A stretch of DNA of 64,000 nt from the human T2T-CHM13v2.0 reference genome, Homo sapiens (GCF_009914755.1 NC_060926.1), one strand, 5' to 3'; positions 25,801-41,741 are shown, numbered from the stretch's first letter. The notes: generated from the sequence alone by a model not told the origin. Translations and numbers: made by a program.

Positions 25801-26551
25801 CTAGAGTAATTGTTCATTCATGTAGATGCTTACTTTGTTCCTTTGTCTTTCTTATTTCTTAAAATACTGTCATCTCTCTATTTATACATCAAAAATCCAC
25901 ATATGATTTTATTATATGAAGTTTCATGCTTACTATATTTTCTGAAATTCTTTGATGATGATGTTATAAAAATATTTACTTGGGGAAAAATGATGTCATA
26001 TCAATATATTAAATCCCTGCCAGTTATTAAAAGTAATTGATATTTCACCCAAAGCAATTAGATACCATGCACATTTATCACAATTTCAGAACATGTTTTG
26101 GGAATCCCTTGTACTGTGATGTTCAAGTATTTTCTCTTAATTTAAAAATTTGTAGACTAGTCTTTAAACAGAAATAGTGCTAGTCTACTTGTGCCTATAA
26201 ATAGTGAAGACAGTCAAGCCTGCATATCTTCTCAATTAACCTTTGAAATTCTTATTTGATCATTTTATGCCATACTCCAATTCACATAAGGAAAGCTTGG
26301 ATGTTGAAAAAGATCTGTGATTCAGTACTGGTACATAAGCAGAAAAATTTTTTATCACAGTGAGATCTTATATGTTTAAATCAGGAAAGATCTAGTTTGG
26401 CGACATATCAGGAGAAAGCTAGTACAATTTGCTTCCTTGCTATTCAAACGTAAGTGGAGAATAGGGTAAATACATGTAGATACGGCGCCTATGTTTAAAT
26501 TTAAATTTGAGCATAAAATTGTGGATATTAAAAAAATTATAGAGATAAATT

Positions 26552-27439
26552 TAAGTTTAATTAGAAGCATATTTACAAAGGTAAGAGAGCTACTCAAAAT
26601 GTTTTATTTTGACCTTCTGTTATGTGTCATAATTGACAGCTACTGATTTTTAGCAATAAAATTTCTCATCATTTTATGATGCCCTTCTTATTTTGTTTAG
26701 TGCACAGATGCAGACTCAAGACTGAAGTCACAAAGACTAAAACACAAAACCAAAACAAAAAAACTTTCAAAACCCTCCAAAGAAGTTAATTAAAATTTTG
26801 ATTAGATAAATTGCTACTGCCCTCCTTTATAAAATGCATACCATCAATTTTTATTTTTTATCAAACAATAAAGGGCAGAAGTTACACCTATAACTATGAT
26901 GATGTTTAATAAGCATCATAAAATATGTGTGTTATGTATATATACATACATATATACATATAAATATATATTTTTTAAAGTTTGTCATCCTAGAATTTAA
27001 TCTCATAAGTTTAATTAGAAGCATATTTACAAAGGTAAGAGAGCTACTTGAGATGTTTTATTTTGATCTTCTGTTATGTGTCATAATTGACAGCTACTGA
27101 TTTTTAGCATGAAAATTTCTCATTTTATGATGCCCTTCTTATTTTGTTTAGTGCACAGATGCAGACTCAAGACTGAAGTTGCACAGAGTAAAACATAAAA
27201 CCAAAGCAAAAACCTTATATCTAAGCATTTCAAAACCCTCCAAATAATTTTGATTAGACAAATTGCTATTGCCCTCCTTTATAAATGCATATCATCAATT
27301 TTTAATTTTTATCAAACAACAAAGGGCAGAAGTTACACCTATAACTATGATGATCTTTAATAAGCATCATAAAATATGTGTTGTGTGTGTGTATATATAC
27401 ATATGTTTTTTAAATTTTGTAACCCTAGAATTTAATCTC
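26552..27439 (+). repeat. Tandem duplication of apparently unique DNA, 2 x ~440-450 bp (26552-27004, 27006-27439)
   Basis: Both units begin taagtttaattagaagcatatttacaaaggtaagagagctact and end cctagaatttaatctc. Confidence 0.95.
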
Positions 27440-28421
27440 TTCTTAAACAGTTTCATAAAATATGTAGATCATTATAAAATTATTAACAATACATCTTCAC
27501 CGTTGAATCAAATAGAATTGTTCATCTACAAAGCAACATACTATTTTAATCTCTGGATATGCAAAATTTATTTAAAAATTTATCACTGCCTCTATGCAAT
27601 ATCCTGTACTCACCATTAACTGGGGCATCAAATTGAATACATTATGTCAAACAATAATCATAGAGAAACCTTGTCAAAGGATGTGCACTGTAATTGGCAC
27701 AAAAGAATATTCAAAGCAACAAAAATATAAACAGAATTATACTAAAATGATAGGCTACCTTACTCTAAGACATCTCTACTACCCACATGGACAATAATCA
27801 TTAAGAAAGAAATAGGTTGTGAATTCAGGAATACATATAATTTTTGAAAACAATCCAAACCTATGAATATGACTATATAACTCTAACAAACAAGTTTACA
27901 TCATGCTATGCTTTGTTAAATAACCTTGCATCTGGAGTGTTCTATGAATTGTGAAGACTCTCAGTAACTACTTAAGGCTCAGATAAATTTCAGAAGATAG
28001 AAAAAGACTTCAGATAAATTTCTTATATATGAAAAGAAAAACTAAAATATATTTAAAATTATTAGTGTTAGCAAAAGCTATGACATTTGTTCAAATTTTT
28101 AGGAATCTAAAATTGAAAAACGAATAATTTTATATTTAATATTGAACTAGTCAATCACTTCATATCTACTTAGGCAATGAAACACTTGAGTTAACAAATT
28201 GTCTTGTGAATTTGTAATTATAGATGAATAACAGGGTATTTTATGTGAAATTTTTGAGACTAGATATAGAAGTGGACAATGGCCATATTATATATAAAAA
28301 TAGAAAGCTGGCCCATAATCTGTAGCGTCAGCCCAGGAAACTAACCCGTTACATAAAGTAGCCAGCCCAGGAAGCTAGCTTATTGTCTCTAAGTCAATCT
28401 TGTTAAAAGACCACCAATTCT

Positions 28422-28719
<298 letters not shown>

Positions 28720-29012
28720 CTAGCAGTAATCCAGGAAGCTAAACAATAACCCTTGTAATAATCAGCCCAAAAAGCTTTGGTTTGATCCATAACTGAAAGT
28801 TTTCCTAATTATTGTTTCCACCATCAGTTTAGGACCCACCAGAAAAACCCAAATGTGCACCGTAACCAATCACATAGGATGCCCTATTAAAAAATTAGTC
28901 CACCTATACCTTCTTCACACCAACAGCCTCCACCCAGAGTACACCTGAATTCTTCCCTTTTCTTTTTCTATCATATAAACCTTCTCACTCTGCCTTCCTT
29001 TGAGCTTCTGTT

Positions 29013-29905
29013 AATCCCTGCACAGCCTCAGGACACTGCTCCTTGTATCCAGGCCACTCCAGCTCCAGCCTCGGCTCAAAGGGCCCCAGGTACACCTAGG
29101 GCCACTGCTCCAGAAGGACAAGCATAAGCCTTGGCAGCTTCCACGTGGTGTTAAGCCTGTGGTCTCATAGAGTGCAAGAGTGAAGGAGACTTGGCAGACT
29201 CTGCCTAGATTTCAGAGGCTGTGTGAGAAAGCATGGGTGCCTAGACAGAATCCTGCTGGAGGAGCTGAGCCCTGCAGAAAGGCTCTAAGAAGGTAGTACA
29301 GAGGGGAAATGTGGGGTCGGATGCCCCACAGAGTCCCCACTGGGGCACTGCCTAGTGGAACTGTGGGAAAGAGGCCACCATCCTACAGATCCCAGAATGG
29401 TAGATCCACTGGCAGCTTTCATCCTGTGCCTGGAGAAGCCACAGGTATTCAACTCCAACCCAAATAGCCATGTGGGTGGCACTCATGGAAACCACTGGAG
29501 TGGGGTTGCCCAAGGCCTTGGGAGCTGACAAAAAAAAAAAAAAAAATGCAAGACATGGAGTCAAAGGAGATTATTTTGGAGCTTTAAGATACAATGACTG
29601 CCCTGTTGGGTTTCAGACTTCCATGGGGACTTTAGTCCCTGTGTTTTGGTTAATTTCTCCCTTTTGGGACGGGACTGTCTACCTAATGCCTACCTAATGC
29701 CTGTATCCCCATTGTATCATAGAAATAAATAACTTATTTTGATTTTACAAGCTCATAGGTAGAAGGAGATGAGTCTCAGATGAGACTTAGGACTTTGGAC
29801 TTGATGTTGGAACAAATTAGGGCTTTGTGGGACTGTGGAGAAGGCATGATTGTATTTTGCAATATGAGAAGAACATGAGATTTTAGGGGCCAGGAAATGA
29901 AAGAA
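29013..29905 (+). mobile_element. MaLR internal sequence (MST/THE1-int), 3' part
   Basis: gccttggcagcttccacgtggtgttaagcctg, cagagtccccactggggcactgcctagtgg, ggagattattttggagctttaaga, then a purine-rich tract before the LTR. Confidence 0.85.
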
Positions 29906-30325
29906 TGAGTTTTGATGCTGTCTCCTCTAAATCTTATGTTGAATTGTAATCCTCTCCTATGTTGGAGGTGGGGCCTGGTGGGATGTGATTAGATCATAGG
30001 GGCAGATTTCTCATGAATGGTTTAGTGCCGTTCTCTTGGTGTTGTCCTTGACATGAGTGAGTTCTCATGATATCTGTTAGTTTAAAAGTGTGTGATACCT
30101 CCTCTTCTCCCTCTCTTGCTCTTGCTCTCAACATGTGACATGCCTATTCCCACTTTACTTTCTGCCATGAGTAAAAACTTGCTGAGGCCTCCTTAGAAGC
30201 CAAGTAGATATTGGTGTCATGCATTGTACAGCCTGCAAAACTGTGAGCCAATTAATTATTTTCTTCTTTATAAATTACCCAGTCTCAGTTATTTCTTTAT
30301 AGCCATGCAAGAATGGCCTAACATA
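29906..30325 (+). mobile_element. MaLR 3' LTR (MSTA-like)
   Basis: aaatcttatgttgaattgtaatcc ... ctttataaattacccagtctcag..tttctttatagc. Confidence 0.88.
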
Positions 30326-30964
30326 CTCTGAATGAATAGACTTTTCTTGTTTTCATTTGGTTGGTCTTCATTTATTTCCACAAGGTAATATGTGCATTTG
30401 TTCTGATTTGTGAAAGAATTTATGAGTTATCTACAGGTCTGCTTTACTGAAGGTAAATATGAATTAGTTATTTGGTATATCATGGTTAATCCATGTGGCT
30501 ATTAATATAATTTACTGGTTTAAATATTTTAAACAAGACTATTACCTTTTAATCTAGGTTTTCTTGAGTACTGGCTGGAGATGGGGCTCTGAGCTAACAC
30601 AAAGGATTACCTTGTTAAATTAGATTCACATGAATCAGAGACCTTATTAAATATCAGTCTTTGACAATTATCAAAGATAATTATTATCTATCTTTGATAA
30701 TGATTTCAAGGCTCTCAGCAGTCATGGGACACAGCAGAGCAGGGAGTTATGTGGAACACCCCTGACCACTGAAAGTTGTGTGTCTTCCCAGGTGCTTCTT
30801 TCCCATGTTGGACATACATTTCATGTCCCAGAAAAATACATGAAGTCTCTAAACTAAGTTTTGTGGGTCAATTTAACCAGAGGGAAATATTTAAATTTAT
30901 TAAATCATCCTATTTTATGCCCCAAGGATTTTCACAGCTTATATGACATTGACATTCTCTCTTT

Positions 30965-31267
<303 letters not shown>

Positions 31268-32643
31268 AATACCTCATAAATCCATAGATTATAGGTTTGT
31301 TTGTCATAGTAATTCTAAACTATGGCCATCCTTCTCAAAACATTTTGTATATGAGAAATCTCCTCCTCACAAATATTAGTCTGTTTAACAGGAAGTTAGT
31401 TATCAATAAGCTTACAAGGCAATTAGATTGAATTGACTCTTTTTTTTTGTTTCTCTGTGAAAGCACCAACTAGTAATAAGGAGACAGATGAATCACAGGA
31501 CACTTGCTCTAATTCCTTTCTCCTAAGCTCTTATCCAATCTAGGGCATATTTAAAATAGTTTAAGAGATTTTATTTAAAATGTTTTTGGTTGTTGTTTTG
31601 TAATAAAAACACTTGGCTAGGTAAATTTAGTATGTTTTAATAAGTTCAGTAATTTTATCTTTATTGCATATATTGTTTATTTGGGGTTTTTGTCACTCTT
31701 TTTAGAATGTCACTCTTTTTAGATAGAGAGAAATCAGCACCCCAAACAAGATGTGGTATTAATTATTGAGTCAATATATTTTAGTACACAAAACCGCCAC
31801 CTTCTAATTTGCAATAAAAGTAACTTCTAAAAATGCAAATTCATGTCTAACGATTTTTGATCAGCAAATTTGGACTTTAATAATTTAACAATTCTCTCTG
31901 TTTTCAACTATATTCTTTGCTTTTCAGGCAAAGAAAAATTTGAAAATGTAAAAGAAGTGTGAAAGTCACACTTTCCCAAATACAATTCCTATTTTTATTA
32001 ATGTGTTTATTCTAGTTTAAACATAGAGTGTACTCGCTAGCGTGAGATGAAGGGAAAATTCTTTGAAAATACTTTTCATTGACATAGTTACATTTTACTT
32101 ATATTTTATATTTTTTACTTTATATTTTTTACTTTATATTTTACTTATATTTTATGCACAATGTGAGGATTCCATACACTAAGAATTCTTTAAAATGACT
32201 GTTTAACTTCTGACTTTACTTTTATAATTTTGTTGAGAAAATACTGCAAGATACAAAATAGTAGATTAGTAAAATACAATTTTAATCTGACATTGTCTCT
32301 TTTATTCTCCTTGTCACTCTTTGAGACATCTTATTTCCTAAAACCCTTTCTGTGTGGTCATTTGTGGACTTATAACTGTGGCCATTTTCTTAGATCTACA
32401 AACTATCCTTTATCAACTGCTTAGGACAAATCTTTTACTTCTTTCTGATTGGCAAATTCTAGAATCCTATACTGTTTTCTACTTTGTTCTTTTCTTTTCA
32501 ATAGATTTATTGAGGTCTAACTGACAAAATTGTTATGGTGTGTGATGTAATTTGATACATATATGTATATACACATATACATATATATAAATGATTGCCA
32601 TATTTAAGTTAATTAAAACATCTATTTCTTTACCTAGTTACTA

Positions 32644-32646
<3 letters not shown>

Positions 32647-32677
<31 letters not shown>
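32647..32677. repeat. (TG)n microsatellite
   Basis: Visible directly. Confidence 0.95.
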
Positions 32678-32680
<3 letters not shown>

Positions 32681-33177
32681 ATGGTGAGAATATTTAAAAT
32701 CTTCTCTTAGCAAATTTCAAGTTTACAATGCAGCATTATTAACTATAGTTACCATGCTGTACATTAGATCCTCCCAGAACTTATTGATCTTATAAATGAA
32801 ATTTGTACCATTTGAAAAATATGTCCCCAGTTTGCGCACCCCCCAGGCCCTAGCAACCCCCAGAACTCTCTGTTTGTATGAGTTTGACTTAGATTCCACA
32901 TATAAGTGAGAACATAACTCACTTGTCTTTTTATGCCTGACTCATTTCAATTAGCATAATTACTTCCAGATTCATTCATGTCTCATTATTTGGAAGGATT
33001 TTCTTTATTTAAATACATCTTCATTATCCATTTATCTGTCCATCGATGGACACACTTAGGTTGTTTCCATGTTTAAGCTATTGTAAATAATGTAATGAAC
33101 ATGGGAGTTCAGAAATCCCTTCAAAATAATGTTTTTCTTTCATATATATGTGTGTGTGTGAGAATGTATATGTATCG

Positions 33178-33319
33178 TCATTTTATATTCTTGATGTCCT
33201 TGTCAAATATTAGCTTACCATTATACATACTTTCACGATAAAAAATACTCACCAAAGAATGTATCTCAATGTTAGTAAAGCCATATATGACAAGCTCAGA
33301 GTAACATCATGTTCAACAT
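33178..33319 (+). repeat. Local direct copy of 34106-34259 (spans the L1 inversion junction)
   Basis: Shared tgtcaaatattagcttaccattatacatactttca and aaagccatatatgacaagctcagagtaacatcatgttcaacat. Confidence 0.93.
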
Positions 33320-35855
33320 ATATATGTGTGCATATATATGTGTGTGTGTATATGAGATTGCTGGATCATATGGTAGTTCTATTTTAAATTTTTTGAAGAA
33401 GCCTCAAACTGTGTTCCATAATGGCTGTACTAACTTATTTTCCCAAGAAGAATATACAAATGTTCCCTTTTCTCTACATCTTCACCAGCACTTGTTACCT
33501 GTTGTGTTTTCGATAATAGCCATCCTATCAGGTGTGAGATTATATCTCATTGGTGTTTTCATTTGCATTTCCCGGATAACTTGTGATGTTGAGCACCTTT
33601 TCATGTTTCTATTAGCCTATTGTATGATTTCTTTGGAGAAATATCTATTTAGGACATTTGACCATATTTTTAAACAAAATTATTTGTGTTTTTTTGCTGT
33701 TGAATTGTATTAGCCTCTCATATATTTTGGATACTAACCCTATATCAGATGTATACCATAGTTGGCAAATTTTTGCCCCATTTAGTAGGTTGTCCTTTCA
33801 TTATATGGATTTTTATTGCTGTTATTGTGCAGAAACTTTAAAGTTTGATGTAGTTTCACTTATTTTTTTCTTCTGTTGCTTGTGCTTTTATGTTACATCC
33901 AAAAAGTCATTGCCAAGACCCATATCACGGAGCTTATTACCTATCTTTACTTTTGGAAGTTTTATGGTTGTAGGTCTTAATATTTAAGCCTTATATTTTG
34001 AATTAATTTTTTGTGATTGGCGTAAGAAAATTGTTCAGTTTCATTTTTTTTGCATGTGGACATTCAGTTTTCCTAGTGATATTTATTGACAAGATCATTC
34101 TTTCCTCATTGTATATTTTTAATGTCCCTGTCAAATATTAGCTTACCATTATACATACTTTCATGATAAAATCTCTCACCACAGTAGGTATACAAAGAAT
34201 GTACCTCAACATATTTAAAGCCATATATGACAAGCTCAGAGTAACATCATGTTCAACATGATGTTCAACTCCTAAGACCAGGAGTAAGACAGAGATACTC
34301 ACTCTTACTACTTCTGTTCAACATAGTGTAGGAAGTCCTATCCATATAAATTAGGCAAGAGAAAGAAATAAACAGCATCCAAACTGTAAAAGAAGTTAAA
34401 CTGTCTTTCTTCAAAGACAATCTCTTGTAAAGAAATCTTTTATTTGCAACTCTTATATAAATAAAACCCTAACAACTCCTCTAAAAAAACTATTAGAACT
34501 AATAAACAAATTCAGTAAAGTTACAGATTACAAAATCAACATACAAAAATTAGGTGCATTTCTACACTCAATACAATAAACTGTCTGAAAAAGAAATTTT
34601 TAAAGTGACATGTTTAATAACATCAGAAAGAATAAAATACTTGGGAATAAATTTAACCAAGGAAGTGAAAGTTCTGTACGGTACGCTGAAAGCCATAAAG
34701 CATTGACAGAAGTAATTGAAGAAAACGCAAAAGGAAAAAATATCTCATGTCTATAGATTGAAAAAATTAATATTGTTAAAATGTCTATACTAAAATGTCT
34801 CTACTAATCAAAGAGACCTACACATTCAGTGCAATCTCTATCAAAATCCTAATGACATTTTTCACAGAAAGAAAAAAAATCTTAAAATTTGTATGGAACC
34901 ACAAAAGACTGAATAGCTAAAGCAAACTTAAGGGCACAGATGCTTCCATCTTAAGCTTGCCTTAGAATATCTATGGAAGCATCTGTGGAAGTGTCACACT
35001 TCCTGATTTCAAACCATATTTCAAAGTTATAGTAATCAAAACCTATAGCACTGGCATAAAAACAGACATATAGACCAATGGAACAGAATATACCCTGTTC
35101 TTTTCAAGGAACATTTAGCGAAGTGCTTCATCTTTCTGACCCCGTGATAAGTAACTTATACTTTCTGTTTAGGCTTCTTTCTAGGCAGATATTTTGCCTT
35201 TCTGAATTTCTGTAATGTATTTTAAATTACCTAAAAACGTTAAGAGTAGAAATGACTAAATTTTTCTCTTTAAAATTCAACATTGTGATAAGAGAGGACC
35301 TCCAAAGTGCCCCAGTCATCAGAAGGAATCTGGACCTAGGACAACACAATCTAAAGCACGTAAGAATTGAAGCCCCCCGGCTTTTTTTCACAAAAGATAT
35401 TATGGATAGAAAGTCTAATCAAAATCTCTAATCTTGGGAGAAAGTAAAAAAAGGTTCAGAAAGAGTTCACAGGTTATACCATAAAATAGTTTTATAGACT
35501 CCAGCCTGAAACTACTGCTCTATGTTGTCAAGGCATTTAGTAAACAATTTGCTCTAGTAGAAACAGATCCTTTATCTTCCTAGTCCAAAGAGATGTGGAC
35601 ATTCCCAGGGAAACTAGAGTATTTCAGATGATCTTTAATTAGCTGCCTCTGCATATCCAAGTTAGTGTCACAGGCAAGATGCCAGTATTAGAGATACAAA
35701 GCAATGTCTTTATAACATATGACAGTGAACAACAAAAGTAAAAATGACAGACTGAAAAGAGTAAGTACCTGCATACATAGAAGTAATGGCATAAAATACA
35801 TTGAACATGACGTTTTGTTTCATTTTTTTAAAGTTAATTTCAAACAGTTTCTTTT

Positions 35856-37799
<1,944 letters not shown>

Positions 37800-39697
37800 T
37801 TACTTAAAAAAGAGATGTAATTCTGAGTAACAATACAAAGATTTATGACATTTTGCAGTTGTTAATGAAAACTTTATTTTCTACCCAATGAAGAATAATT
37901 CTACATAATTACCAATTTTATTGCACAGATGTATTATTACATCAGAAAAAATTAGACACTTTATTGAAATCAAACATATGGGGCTATTTGAATTCTAAGA
38001 TAAGGAAAAGTTATATATGACAGACAATACTAGAAATGTGACAATATTAGAAATGATTCATTATAGTCACATTTTAATTTTCCCATATTTCAACTTGACT
38101 TATGAATAGAGTGCAAGACTGAATGTTGTTACAGAGATAACATTTTCAATAAATCAAAGGTTAAAATGGCAATAAAAATAAACATATGTGCAAGAGTACA
38201 ATGTAAAGAAGCCCTCTTTAATTATAAGTTTGGAGATGATGCTGTTTGCCTCATGAAAAAAATAGCTATTCATTTATTCGAGAAGTATAAAATCCTTTTA
38301 AAGCATGGATAACTATACAGTATGTAAGGTACCATAAATAACTGGCCAATTTTTTTAACCTTCACCTATAGATGATATAGTTATTTTGCATTTTAGTATT
38401 TATCCCAAATCATAAGATGCATAAAAATAATGATCAAAAATTTTAAAAAGAAGACATGGTTCTTTTAAACCCAATAATTTATAGTTTCCTTAAGTCCTCT
38501 GCTCTGCTCTGAAACTATTGCATTATCATAAATGACAACAGTAAAATTATGTAAATCTTATAAGTAGCTCATTGGTGTCCCTATTTATTTCATGATGTCA
38601 TAATTGGGATGTGGGTGCATTTAGCAGCTGTAATAGGCAGTACATATATATGTTTAGTGCACTATATTCACTATTATTTCTTTCACTATACATGTCAAAT
38701 TCAATTATTTCTTTATACCTAGTTTAATTGTTTTTATAAATGGTAAAAATATTGTGTAAAAATAATTTTGAGAGTCTGAGTATGGCTTCCACACATAAGG
38801 GACTTTACTGGTACAGATTTACCATAATCTAGAACAGTTCAATTACTTTTTAAAACTGTGTATAATATTTAATTTGACTTGAATTACCAATAACCATACT
38901 CTTAAGGTTTAGCAGGACGTTGTTTAATAAGTATATATATTGTATCCCTTTTGATTATTTTAAATCTGTAAAATATTTCTTTTTCTATTTCTTCTCTCCC
39001 TCTCAGGTGGGAGAGTTAAATTGTGAAATGTAATTGAAAGTTAGGCATTATATGCTTGGTTTTTAGAACTGATGTCTTGAAAGTGTGGCAACTGTATTTC
39101 TATTACTGATCTTGTCTATTTAGTATAGAACCAGTTAGCAGTTGTGTATAAAAAAGCTCTGTTGTACTCTGAGATGAACTCCAGTCTCCTCTTTTGCCTA
39201 TATATTCAGATATTTGTGCAGATATGTTTGAAGAAAAAGAAAAGAACATCTAAATTAATAAAGAATCAATAGTTTTTTACTGTTTTCAGTGCCTTTGGAG
39301 GTAAGTGACCTGTCTGGCACTCCAGGTCAAGTTAAAGAAAGAGAAAAAACAAAAGCTCATTGTTACACTTTATTTTGTTGAATATGTCAAGAATTCAAAC
39401 TAGAAAAAAAACATTTTCTTAGCTGGGACATGGTGTGTGGAGTGGGGCAGAGGGCTGGTAGGATGTATGACACTGCTGTACCTGGACAAACTACTTGGTC
39501 TCCAGGGATTCTGTTTCTGTTAGTGTTTAACATATGGAGAGAATAAAAGCCCCTCTCATGCACAGTTAAGAAGGGTGTCATTTCAACGTGAAGAATAATC
39601 CTGTAACCAGAAAAGCTGAGAACTTCAGTAAAGAAGAGATCTGAGAATATCCAATTATTGCTTGGTAGAGAGAGAATGAGAATATAAAAGTCTAAGG

Positions 39698-39950
39698 CAG
39701 TGATTCCCAGATATAGCCACTCATTAGTATCACCTGGAAAGTTTTAACAATAATACCTATGCCCAAGACAAACACCAGACCAATTAAGTGTTATGATTTC
39801 TGGGGTGAGTACTGGGAACCAAACTTTTAAAAAGTCTGTTTAAATGATTGCAATAGATAAATAGATTGTAAATGAATAAATAAATAGATTGTAAATAGAT
39901 ACACAAATAGATTGTGTAGATAAAGCTAAAGCCATCTTTGAGACCACTGG
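39698..39950. mobile_element. MER5A-like hAT-Charlie relic with internal low-complexity insert
   Basis: cagtgattccca..cattagtatcacctgg..ccagaccaattaa.. ending gagaccactg. Confidence 0.6.
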
Positions 39951-41611
39951 ACAAAATTTAAATCACACTATTTCAGGAGATAGGGTGTACACATTTGTTG
40001 TTAGTAAACTTATTATGACTTACTAGTGAATTCTGTCTGGTTTGCTTTGATGTGTTTTGTTTCTTCAAGTTGTTATTTTTTTAGACACCTGAATGGAAAA
40101 GGATATATTTGATGCTGGGTAAGCAAACTTTATATAATATTTTGACTCTCTTGCCCTACTATGGCAATTATATTTAATTGAAGTCAGGAATTTGATGACA
40201 TCTTTCAGGTATCTTATATTTGAATTTCCCCAAAATTCTTCTTGTTATAGTGCATGGAGTCCAGCAAAATAGTCTACTCAGAATACAATGTAATTTCTGC
40301 CACTGAATAATTCAGAACTTCTTTATGGGTATACCATGAAGGGCTTATAGCTATGCTTTAAGGCATTGATTCCCTGAAGACTCTTAGAGACAAAGTAGAG
40401 TCTGGGGTGCCTGGAGATCTGTGGCCTGATACCTTTCTCTGTAAACAATTTTATGTAAGTCTCTTTCAAGGACAGCATGATTAGAAAAGTCTGAAAACAA
40501 AACTCATGACCAATAGGTAGTAAGCACTATGAGCAACATCCTGCATTTTCTACCCTCCTATACAATTAGCAAGGCCAAACAGGGGCTCTTCAATCTGAAC
40601 ATCTATCTTAGCTGAGGCTACGTAGAGCCCAGCTACCCAATGTGTACAATAGGCCTGATGAGATGCTGGGAGAGTAAAAAAAGTGGACAAGAAGCATGGT
40701 GTGCAGGTGAAAGTGAGGAGGTGAAGGAGGTGGCAGTGAGGCAATACAGATTTTTAGCAGGAGCCAATTTTAATTTTACTTCACATGTATTAAATGTGTG
40801 TATGTGTATACAGAGATACATAAAAGAAAATGTCCCTCAAGTTTACATCAGTATGGTATAGGAATGTTATCATTTTCTGTGTGACATATAATGAAAAAAT
40901 ATGGAAGTACTAATATATTTTAATTTTGAACATATCAGAAGAACTGTAAATAGCACAAACTGGCATATAGTCAAGGTGATAGGGCTATGGTATGCTTTAT
41001 AATTCCACATCATATATTTCTAACATTTCATTCTCTCTCTACCACGATGATACAGCCTAGGTTCTTTCCTTTGAGTTTTGGAGCGCCAGAAAACCCAGCG
41101 CCTCACAGATTCTTGGTTTTTAAGGGAGATCCAATGTAAAAGGAGCTTATCAACTGAATCTAGGGAGACATAGAATTAACTATTATATGGCAACACATCA
41201 TATTTACAGACATATTAAACAATATAAGTAAATAAAATTAAGTATATAGTAAATTTGGAAGAATATTCTGGAGTGACTAGATATTTGTAGGCAAGACAAT
41301 AAGTAACACGACCAGTTTCAATGCCATTTGTGAATTAATTCTCAATGTCACATAATTTTTGCTGGCCAAGTATAGAAAACTTTACTTAACCAACTTGAAG
41401 CAGACTAGTAAATAAATGTTAAGTCTTGAAATATTTTTATAATTATCTTTAAAAAACTGTTAAAAAATAAAAAGAACTCCATTCACCTGAATCATTTAAT
41501 TTAATTCAACAGATATTGAGTATCTATTAAAAGAATAGAACATGGAATGTTCAAAATCCCTGATAATGTAATTTGCTAAACACAGAATGGATTGGATTAT
41601 ATAAGGAGTTA

Positions 41612-41705
41612 CAGGGAAATCACTTGAACCTGGGAGGCAGAAGTTGTAGTGAGCCGTGATCATGCCACTGTACTCCAGCCTGGGTGATAGAGTGAGACTC
41701 TGTAT

Positions 41706-41739
<34 letters not shown>
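41612..41739 (+). mobile_element. 5'-truncated Alu right-arm fragment with 33-nt pure poly(A)
   Basis: aatcacttgaacctgggaggcagaagttgtagtgagcc..ctccagcctggg. Confidence 0.9.

Positions 41740-41741
<2 letters not shown>

Larger units (their letters stand above)
32494..35090 (-). mobile_element. Old L1 (L1MA9/10-like) with twin-priming inversion (minus 32494-34152, inverted plus 34153-35090)
   Basis: 3' UTR on the minus strand. The two segments end at adjacent L1 positions (gaccaatggaacagaata / ..atatttgaca). TSD tactttgttctttt (32480-32493) / taccctgttctttt (35091-35104). Confidence 0.85.
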
